Below, in pieces: positions 56,994 to 64,000 of a stretch of DNA of 64,000 nucleotides. The DNA comes from an uncultured delta proteobacterium (lineage in GTDB: Bacteria; Desulfobacterota; Binatia; UBA9968), in assembly GCA_963737905.1 (NCBI GenBank), contig CAVTUQ010000019.1, positions 160,001 to 224,000 of the forward strand. The letters are read 5' to 3'. The notes beneath the pieces were generated by a model. The model was given only the letters and a program-made list of their open reading frames with translations. It did no database searches and was not told the origin of the DNA. A program made the position numbers and the translations under genes. Numbering within the stretch: position 1 is the first letter of the stretch; the number at the start of each line of letters is the position of its first letter.

Positions 56994-57057
56994 TTCACTT
57001 TTTTGCCATTCGGTTTGTGGCAGTGATACCGTTTCGGAGTACTAAAGAAGTCTGCTA

Positions 57058-57696
57058 CTAAGGCCTGTGTTTTTGAAGAACCTGCACGGCCTTTGAACTG
57101 AAAAATGTTTTCATCTCTTTCGGATCAATTGGGGTTAGAAGGTTAACCTTTAGCCGGGAGGGGTCGTCCAGGATTTTGTCCGACTGCTCAAACGCGATGG
57201 CCAAATAGTACTCGTCAAGCCCTGGGTCTTTCGTCTTGGCGAGTTCAATCATCCTTTCGAGAGAGATTTTGCCGTCTCTCACGATGCAATAGATGTCTAC
57301 AAAATCTCTTTCCTCTGCGCGACCGTATAGAGCGAGGAGTTTACCCGCCGCTATATCTTCGAAACTGTGGATCCTCAACCCCTCCTTCTCGGTGAGCGCA
57401 GAAAGCATAAAGGGACTATCGTAGGCGAGCTGTATCTTGATGCTCTCAGCTCCCTGTCCAGCCACCGCCTCCCAGAAACTCGAGAAATTCCTGATCTCGT
57501 CAACATGGATCAATGAATTTTCCAGCGCCAGTTTGAGCTTTTGCGCCATGATAGGGATCAGGGGTTCTTCGGGCGTGAAGAGGTCAAAGTCCTCAGAAAG
57601 ACGGTGAGCAAGGTAAAAGGCCTTGCTTTCTTCGATTTTCGTGAAGGCTTTAAGGACTTTCTTCTGGAAGGGGGTTAGAAGTTCTCCGCTTAACAA
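57058..57696 (-). CDS. AbiEii/AbiGii-type nucleotidyltransferase toxin, apparently with an internal deletion
   Basis: HRLSEDFDLF, KLLAL..R, RDFVD; the usual GGTAL segment is absent. Confidence 0.8.
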   Translation of the reverse strand: MLSGELLTPFQKKVLKAFTKIEESKAFYLAHRLSEDFDLFTPEEPLIPIMAQKLKLALENSLIHVDEIRNFSSFWEAVAGQGAESIKIQLAYDSPFMLSALTEKEGLRIHSFEDIAAGKLLALYGRAEERDFVDIYCIVRDGKISLERMIELAKTKDPGLDEYYLAIAFEQSDKILDDPSRLKVNLLTPIDPKEMKTFFSSKAVQVLQKHRP

Positions 57697-57904
57697 AGTA
57701 ATCGCTCCAAAGCTTTTTTATCGGTTTTGGGAGATAAAGTTCGGGCAGGGTTCTTTCCACTTCGTCCAGATCGAGCGAAAGGATATCCTCCATTCGGCCA
57801 TTCATTAACACTTGTTTGATCCACCACCGTCTGTTTTCGGGATCATCGAGATTGAGGTCCTCTGCCTTATCGCTTGACCAGACAATATGCCGGGGGATTT
57901 TCAT
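57650..57904 (-). CDS. Putative antitoxin partner (DUF6922-like)
   Basis: Small gene overlapping the toxin start; VWS..L..WIKQVLMNG..EDI pattern. Confidence 0.65.
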   Translation of the reverse strand: MKIPRHIVWSSDKAEDLNLDDPENRRWWIKQVLMNGRMEDILSLDLDEVERTLPELYLPKPIKKLWSDYFVKRRTSNPLPEESP

Positions 57905-58025
57905 GTTGCTAAGGGTATCCAATTCCGGATGCTATATCAATTGCGCGATTCAATTACACGAATCGCCTGTCCCTTATCTTTCAAAATCCTTCGTATTGGT
58001 GTAAGCGAATCATAGGAGGACAACC

Positions 58026-59114
58026 ATGCTGCTCATCAACAACCAGGAAGTGGAAAAGCTTTTCGATATGAAATCTTGTCTGGAGGCGTTGGAAGACGCT
58101 TATGACGACCTGCTCAAAGGCGACGCGGTTTATCGCCCCCGGCTCGATCTTTGGATGCCTTGCGATCAGCCCGACGGTTACTACCGCTGGGGCACGATGG
58201 AAGGGGCGAGCCGGAAGATCGGCGTGTTTGCGATTCGGATGAAGTCCGACATTGTTCACTGGCCCAACGGCGACACCGAGGAGAAGTATTGCATGCAGCC
58301 GGGAACCTGGTGCGGCTTGGTGATGGTTTTCAGTGTGCGTAATGGTGAGCCGCTCGCGATCATCAACGATGGGCTTATCCAGCACATGCGCGTGGGCGCC
58401 TGCGCCGGATTGGGCGCCAAATACCTCGCGCGGCAAGATGCTGCCATCGTCGGTGTGTTCGGGTCGGGGGGGATGGCGCGGACTTATTTGGAAGCCTTTA
58501 CTGAAGTGCGTAGTATCAAGAAGGTCAAAGTGTATAGCCCTACGAAAGCTAACCGAGAAGCGTACGCCAGGGAAATGACCGGTAAATTAGATTTGGAAGT
58601 CGTCCCCGTGGATAAGCCCGAGTTGGTCGTGCATGAGGCGGATATTGTCGCGACCTGCACGGATTCCACCCGGACGGTTTTTGATGAACCGAATTGGCTG
58701 AAGGAGGGGGCGCATATTACCTGCGTGCGCGCGTGCGAGGTAGGCCCGAGAGTGCTGAAGCGTTGCGATCTTTCCTTGAAGCTCGGCAAAAATACGATTG
58801 AAGCGATGGACGAGGGAATGGTGCGGCTGCACGGCAACGTCGGTTATATTGCCGGCCAGCCGGAGGAAAGGAGCCGGATTCCCAACCCCGTGGTGGACAA
58901 CTACAGAGGCGACCACTTTAAATACTTTATGGACTTCAGAGCCGGCAAGGTTCCGGGACGAACCAGTGACAAGCAAATTACTTTTTTTATCAATGCCGGC
59001 ACGCAGGGACTTCAGTTCGCCGCATGCGCCGGAAAAGTTTACCAGTTGGCCAAAGAGAAAGGCGTGGGTCGGAAGCTGCCGACAGAGTGGTTTTTACAGG
59101 ACATCAGGGATTGA
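58026..59114 (+). CDS. Ornithine cyclodeaminase/mu-crystallin family protein
   Basis: RVGACAGLGAKYLAR, GVFGSGGMAR, ADIVATCT, GLQFAA. Confidence 0.9.
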   Translation: MLLINNQEVEKLFDMKSCLEALEDAYDDLLKGDAVYRPRLDLWMPCDQPDGYYRWGTMEGASRKIGVFAIRMKSDIVHWPNGDTEEKYCMQPGTWCGLVMVFSVRNGEPLAIINDGLIQHMRVGACAGLGAKYLARQDAAIVGVFGSGGMARTYLEAFTEVRSIKKVKVYSPTKANREAYAREMTGKLDLEVVPVDKPELVVHEADIVATCTDSTRTVFDEPNWLKEGAHITCVRACEVGPRVLKRCDLSLKLGKNTIEAMDEGMVRLHGNVGYIAGQPEERSRIPNPVVDNYRGDHFKYFMDFRAGKVPGRTSDKQITFFINAGTQGLQFAACAGKVYQLAKEKGVGRKLPTEWFLQDIRD

Positions 59115-59116
59115 AT

Positions 59117-59191
59117 GAGTCTCGGGTTTCGAGTCTCAGGTCTCGAGTTTGGGCGAAAAACGCGAGACTCTAGACGCAAGACCCGAGACTG
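59117..59191. repeat. Palindromic heptamer array (GTCTCGn / nCGAGAC) between convergent genes
   Basis: GAGTCTCGGGTTTCGAGTCTCAGGTCTCGAG ... CGCGAGACTCTAGACGCAAGACCCGAGAC; a related stretch lies at 49121-49143. Confidence 0.7.
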
Positions 59192-59192
59192 G

Positions 59193-59561
59193 TCAGTACC
59201 CCAGCTTGTCGATTTCGTCATCGTCAAACCCGAAGTAGTGGGCGATTTCATGCAACACGGTGGTCCGAATTTGTTCGCGCAACTCGTCCGGATCGGGAAA
59301 GTCGCGCAGCAGGGGTTCCGAGAAAATTGTAATTTTGTCTGGTAAAATAGGCGGGTAGAGGCTGGAGCGATTGGGCAGTGGGATGCCTTGGTAAAGTCCG
59401 TAAAGTGTGTCTTGTTCAGGGTCGAGTCCGGCCTCGAGAAAAAGCTCTTCTCCGGGCCTTTCCTCGATCACGACTTCGACGTTGTGCAGCCGCTTACGAA
59501 ACTGCCTGGGGAGCTTGTCGAGAACGCGGGCCACTTCTTTCTTGAGTTCGTTCTTGTCCAC
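59193..59561 (-). CDS. Zincin-like (Zincin_1) metallopeptidase family protein
   Basis: GLYQGIPL..R, PDKITIF, TVLHEIAHYFG. Confidence 0.9.
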   Translation of the reverse strand: MDKNELKKEVARVLDKLPRQFRKRLHNVEVVIEERPGEELFLEAGLDPEQDTLYGLYQGIPLPNRSSLYPPILPDKITIFSEPLLRDFPDPDELREQIRTTVLHEIAHYFGFDDDEIDKLGY

Positions 59562-59563
59562 CG

Positions 59564-60727
59564 GTGAAGAGTTTGTATCAAGTAGAGAATCGGTGCAAGC
59601 GATGCAGGGCGTCGCTTCAAAAGTTGGCCGTGGTCCTCTACTTTGCGCTTACCTTCACTGCATGCACCTCCGCGCGGACAGTAGCTCCGCCCATGCCGGC
59701 GTTGACCGACGACCTTGACCGGGAATCACTTCACGCGGCGCTACGCCGCAGCGTCTCTTATCTGGAGAAATTGCCGCCGGATCGGATTGTCGGGGAGCAA
59801 CCCCGGCGCTTTACGGCTGGCGAAGTTTTGGACTCGCTTCTGGCTTTTGAGAAATCACTTGATAACTGGGATTGCCGAGAGTGTTGGATGCGAGACTTCA
59901 ACACTCGATTTGACCTCATTCCGTCGTCCGGCGATGTTGAATTGGAGACGGTCTTGTTCACCGGCTATTACCAACCGGTGATAGAAGGAAGCTTGGCGCC
60001 AACGCCGGAGTACGCCTATCCGATTTACGGCATGCCGGCAGATTTGATCGGCAATCTCGTACCTTATTATTCCCGGCGTGAGATCGATGAATTGGGCTCT
60101 TTGCGGGGTCGCGGTTACGAGATTGCCTGGGTGAAAAATCCCATCGATCTTTTTTTCCTGCACATTCAAGGATCCGGCATCCTGCAGTTAGAAGATGGCC
60201 GCCGCCTTCTGGTCGGCTATGCCGGCGCCAACGGCAGACCCTATCGAAGCATCGGACGACTGCTGATCGACCAAGGCAAGATCCCGCAAGAAGAGATGTC
60301 GATGCAACGTTTGCGGCGATATCTAATAGATTATCCGGACGAGCGAAACGAAATTTTTTCGTATAACGAAAGCTACGTCTTTTTCCGCTTCTTAGAAGAA
60401 GGTCCCCTGGGGAATATCGAGGTACCGCTTACCCCCGGTAGATCCATCGCCTCCGATGCGCGGCTCTTTCCCAAAGGCGCGCTGGCTTTCATCGTTACGG
60501 AAAGGCCCGTTCTCGATGCCGCAGGTCAGCTTGTTGGTTGGCAACCCTTTTCTCGTTTTGTTTTGAATCAGGATACCGGTGGCGCGATCCGCGGTCCGCA
60601 GCGCGCGGATCTCTATTTTGGCACCGGCTTCGAGGCCGAAGCCGGTGCCGGTTATATGAATAGACCGGGGAAGCTTTATTTCCTGGCGTTAAAAAATCCG
60701 TCCGCGGCGCCTTCTATAGAGAGATAG
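59564..60727 (+). CDS. mltA: MltA-family lytic transglycosylase lipoprotein
   Basis: FTGYYQP, FLHIQGSG, NESYVFF, SIASD, QDTGGAI, ADLYFG. Confidence 0.9.
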   Translation: MKSLYQVENRCKRCRASLQKLAVVLYFALTFTACTSARTVAPPMPALTDDLDRESLHAALRRSVSYLEKLPPDRIVGEQPRRFTAGEVLDSLLAFEKSLDNWDCRECWMRDFNTRFDLIPSSGDVELETVLFTGYYQPVIEGSLAPTPEYAYPIYGMPADLIGNLVPYYSRREIDELGSLRGRGYEIAWVKNPIDLFFLHIQGSGILQLEDGRRLLVGYAGANGRPYRSIGRLLIDQGKIPQEEMSMQRLRRYLIDYPDERNEIFSYNESYVFFRFLEEGPLGNIEVPLTPGRSIASDARLFPKGALAFIVTERPVLDAAGQLVGWQPFSRFVLNQDTGGAIRGPQRADLYFGTGFEAEAGAGYMNRPGKLYFLALKNPSAAPSIER

Positions 60728-60791
60728 CCCTCAAATATCGGCGACCCTGACCTCTTGAGCGAATCCCTCGGGGAGAGTAACCTTTGCAATC

Positions 60792-61664
60792 GTGGAGCGG
60801 CATACCGAAACCCGAGGACTAAAACTCGCGCTGGCCATCAGCTGCATTTATTTTTTTGCCGAGCTGATTGGCGGATTTTTAACCAATAGCCTGGCGCTGT
60901 TATCGGATGCCGGGCACATGCTATCCGACATCGCGGCTTTGGCATTGAGCCTGTGTGCGTTCCGGATAGCCAAACGGCCGGCAACCGTGAGCAGCACCTA
61001 TGGCTATCATCGCGTCGAAATATTGGCGGCGCTCTTTAACGGACTGACCTTATGGTTGATTGTCGGAGTCATTTTCGCCGCCGCCTATAACCGCTTCCTG
61101 AATCCACCCGCAGTTGAAAGCTATGGCATGATGATCGTCGCGTCGCTGGGCTTGCTCGTGAATATCGTTGCGGGGGCCGTGCTGTACGGGTCACACCACC
61201 ATAATCTCAATCTCCGCGGGGCTTTCCTGCACGTCGTGAGTGACGCCTTGGGTTCCGTGGGAGCCATCGCTGCGAGTTTGGTCATGCTCTACACGGGTTG
61301 GTACGTTGCCGATCCCGTGATCAGCATTCTGATCGGGCTTTTGATTCTCCATTCTTCCTGGAGTCTGATCAAAGAATCCTTTAGCGTGCTCATGCAGGCC
61401 GTTCCGAAAGGTATCCGGCTTGAAGACGTTCAACACGCGCTCGAAGAGGTGGAAGGAGTCAGTAAGGTCCATGATCTCCATGTCTGGGCGGTAACCTCCG
61501 ACATCTTTACTCTAAGCGCTCACGCGGTGGTAGAAAACGGCGGCGATTTTCACCAGGTACTCAACGGCATCGAGGACACACTCAAGGATCGCTTCAACAT
61601 CGAGCACACCACGATTCAATTGGAAATCGAAAGCCGCGAGGACAAAGAATTCAAAGCGTTCTAA
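60792..61664 (+). CDS. Cation diffusion facilitator (CzcD/ZitB-like Zn/Co/Cd exporter)
   Basis: SLALLSDAGHMLSD, YGYHRVE, LHVVSDALGS, HDLHVW, HTTIQ. Confidence 0.93.
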   Translation: MERHTETRGLKLALAISCIYFFAELIGGFLTNSLALLSDAGHMLSDIAALALSLCAFRIAKRPATVSSTYGYHRVEILAALFNGLTLWLIVGVIFAAAYNRFLNPPAVESYGMMIVASLGLLVNIVAGAVLYGSHHHNLNLRGAFLHVVSDALGSVGAIAASLVMLYTGWYVADPVISILIGLLILHSSWSLIKESFSVLMQAVPKGIRLEDVQHALEEVEGVSKVHDLHVWAVTSDIFTLSAHAVVENGGDFHQVLNGIEDTLKDRFNIEHTTIQLEIESREDKEFKAF

Positions 61665-61695
61665 ACGATGGATCCGAAATGGTACAAGGTCGATC

Positions 61696-61808
61696 GCTTA
61701 TGGCATGTAGTTGGAACATACGAACCATACGCTATAAGCCATAGGCCATAAGCCAACGGAAGCGAGGCGATGGAGCGGAAGAAAGCGGTGAGGCTTTTTC
61801 AGCAGCGC
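61696..61808. repeat. Partial copy (right part) of the 44.4-kb MITE-like element
   Basis: TATGGCATGTAGTTGGAACATACGAACCATACGCTATAAGCCATA..GAAGCGAGGCGAT..CTTTTTCAGCAGC. Confidence 0.75.
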
Positions 61809-61809
61809 G

Positions 61810-63021
61810 TTAGGATACAGTTGGGCTGGAGACGACTGGCTTGGGTTTGGGTTTTGGCAATAGACAAGCCATTAAACCGACACTGATAAACGAAAGAATT
61901 CCCAGAAACCAAAAAATCGTGGACAGATTGGCTGATACGAGCAGTAAACCCACGATGGAGGTCGACGTTGTTTTAGAGACCTGCTGAATCAGTCGATCAA
62001 AAGAAATGATGCCGCCCCGCATCTCTGCCGGCGCGTTTTGGGTCAACAGACTTTTCTGCATCGGTGAAATCACGCCGTTCGCCAGCCCGTAAAAGAACAG
62101 CGCGCCACCCACCAACCAAAGGCCGGGCACGGTCGGAACGAGCGCTACGGCTGCGCCGCTGACAACGAAGGCAATGAAGAGAATATTTGCTTTATCCCGC
62201 CCGGCGGCGATGCGGCCCGCCTGGCTGGCGGTGATCATCGCGCCGATAGAGAAGAAGACGTAAAGGATCCCCGCCCTCGCAGTCGAGATGCCATGGGTCC
62301 GTACCAGAAAAAGCGGAAAGTAAGTTAAAAAACCGTAATCGAGAAAGAAGCGCAGAAATCCGGCCGAAAAAGCGATGACGAGACGGGGATGGCGGGTTAA
62401 CCGTAACATGTCGCCGAGATACGCCAATGTGCCATCGCTGTTCTCTTTGCCCTTGGTTTCCGGCATCCAAAGTAGCGCGGCAAACCCCACCGGGATTGTT
62501 AGAATGTAGAAAACAAACGGCCAGAACCAAGCGATGGTGGCAAGCAACCCGCCGAGCGGTGGAAAAACCATATAGCCAATGCGATCGAGAAAAACCTTCA
62601 GCCCTTGACCGCCGATCTCTTGCTCTCCTTCAAGAAGGTCGCCGATGAGCACAATGGTGAGGGGAATGACAGCGCTGAAGCCGACTCCTTGCAGCGTTCG
62701 AAAGGCGAGGAGCCAACCGAAGCTCGGCGCGAAAGCCATGGCTGTTCCAAAAATCCCGAAGATGATGAGACCGCCTGCGAGAAGCAAGCGCCGGCCATAA
62801 AGATCGGCAATGACGCCAAAGATCGGTGACAGCACAATCGCCGGGGCAGTGAACAGGGTCATGATCAAAGATAATGCCGAATCGCTGACGCCGAAGGGTC
62901 CGGTGAGTGCCGGCAGCGCGGGTTGAATGAAATTCACCCCCATCATGAGGGAGATGCTTGTCGCATAAACGATGCTGAGCGCGCGACTACGCTCACGCGA
63001 CATCTCCCCGAGGCCGAACAT
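61810..63021 (-). CDS. MFS transporter
   Basis: IQPALP, GVIADLYGRR, RTLQGVG; about 12 TM segments; start uncertain. Confidence 0.88.
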   Translation of the reverse strand: MFGLGEMSRERSRALSIVYATSISLMMGVNFIQPALPALTGPFGVSDSALSLIMTLFTAPAIVLSPIFGVIADLYGRRLLLAGGLIIFGIFGTAMAFAPSFGWLLAFRTLQGVGFSAVIPLTIVLIGDLLEGEQEIGGQGLKVFLDRIGYMVFPPLGGLLATIAWFWPFVFYILTIPVGFAALLWMPETKGKENSDGTLAYLGDMLRLTRHPRLVIAFSAGFLRFFLDYGFLTYFPLFLVRTHGISTARAGILYVFFSIGAMITASQAGRIAAGRDKANILFIAFVVSGAAVALVPTVPGLWLVGGALFFYGLANGVISPMQKSLLTQNAPAEMRGGIISFDRLIQQVSKTTSTSIVGLLLVSANLSTIFWFLGILSFISVGLMACLLPKPKPKPVVSSPTVS

Positions 63022-63178
63022 AGAGGATATGTTGAGCGTGCGCATGTGCGAGAGGTTAAGGGAAAGGCTGCTTTGAGTCAACGGTTTAGCGGGAAGCGTG
63101 TGTAGCCCAGTGGTGGGAACAAGCGCTCCATGATATGGGGAGACATGAGTAACTACGCCAACTTTGGAGGGAACGGAA

Positions 63179-64000
63179 ATGGCTCAAGATATGCGCTCGT
63201 GGATCAACCAGTTGGAGGAAGCCGGAGCGTTGGCGCGAATAAAGAAGCCGGTGGATCCACGCACGCAGATGGGAGCTTTGCTCTGGCAGGCGAGGGATCG
63301 GGCGCTGCTCTTTGAGAATCTTCCAGGGTTTTCAAATTGGCGTTGTTTGGGTCAAGCGCCCGGTGATGTGTCTTTGGCTCCGGTGGCCTTCGGCACGCAT
63401 CGCGACGAGATGGTACCGGAGTTTGTGCGCCGAACCGAGCGGCTCGGCACTACCCGCTTGGTGAATTCGGGTCCGGTCAAAGAGAAGATCATCATTGGCG
63501 ATAGAGTTGACGTGACAAAAATGCCGATCCATCAAGCCGGCATCCGCGATGGCGGCCCTTACATCGGTTCCGGGCTGATGATCACCAAAAATCCGGAGAC
63601 GGGCCGGCGCAACTTGAGCTTTCATCGCTTGCAGATGAAGGATTCCAAGAAATTTGGGATTCTGCTCTACCCGCGTCACGCCTGGGCCAACTACCAGATG
63701 TACGAGGCCCAGGATAAAGCGATGCCTGTGGCTATCATGATCGGCCACCATCCCATGTATTACTTTGCTGCGGCGACGACGACCCAATACGGTGTGGACG
63801 AGCTTGAGATCGCTTCCGCGCTGCTGCGGGAAGAGGTCGAATTGGTGAAGTGTGAGACCGTCGATCTCGAAGTTCCCGCCCACGCGGAAATCATTCTCGA
63901 AGGAGAGATCCCGCCCAAGGTGCGCGAACCGGAAGGTCCATTTAGTGAGTTTCAGGATTATTACCTCACCGGCGCTGGGATGAACCCAATCGTAAATATC
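63179..64000 (+). CDS. UbiD-family prenylated-FMN decarboxylase (partial, runs off the right edge)
   Basis: Not in the ORF track. GGAGG RBS, MAQDMRSWINQLEEAG, ALLFENL, DGGPYI, NLSFHR, IGHHP, EGPFSEF. Confidence 0.92.
   Translation, partial: MAQDMRSWINQLEEAGALARIKKPVDPRTQMGALLWQARDRALLFENLPGFSNWRCLGQAPGDVSLAPVAFGTHRDEMVPEFVRRTERLGTTRLVNSGPVKEKIIIGDRVDVTKMPIHQAGIRDGGPYIGSGLMITKNPETGRRNLSFHRLQMKDSKKFGILLYPRHAWANYQMYEAQDKAMPVAIMIGHHPMYYFAAATTTQYGVDELEIASALLREEVELVKCETVDLEVPAHAEIILEGEIPPKVREPEGPFSEFQDYYLTGAGMNPIVNI

Noticed and set aside
63332-63883. 183-aa minus-strand ORF
   Set aside because: Antisense to the UbiD gene that runs off the window edge

Overview
This 64-kb bacterial window is about 55% GC by eye. 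Gene content and intergenic repeat style suggest a deltaproteobacterial lineage such as Ca. Binatia (inference only). From left to right it holds: (i) a glycogen/trehalose and general-stress region (glgA, glgB, PAS kinase and response regulator, SOD, CsbD, sigma54 activator, glgX, malQ, treS-mak, glgE, diadenylate cyclase, OprB, BON, OmpA, MlaC); (ii) housekeeping genes (asnS, MscS, msrB); (iii) an unannotated integron-type cassette array at about 32.9-37.8 kb with 4 good attC sites and 1 degenerate one, and no canonical intI; (iv) msrQ-msrP, preceded by a probable UxxC selenoprotein split by an in-frame TGA with a SECIS-like hairpin; (v) mtgA, mutY, bfr, transporters, a NitT/TauT ABC operon, a decaying AT-rich islet with an AbiEii-type toxin-antitoxin pair, MltA, a CDF transporter and a partial UbiD. 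The most unusual feature is in (iii). An IS91-like HUH transposase plus tyrosine recombinase module is bounded like an integron cassette (GTTCAAG...CTTGAAC plus its own attC) and heads cassettes for a Tat hydrolase, a methyltransferase remnant and a TIR-domain protein. All calls come from motif recognition by eye; no searches were run.
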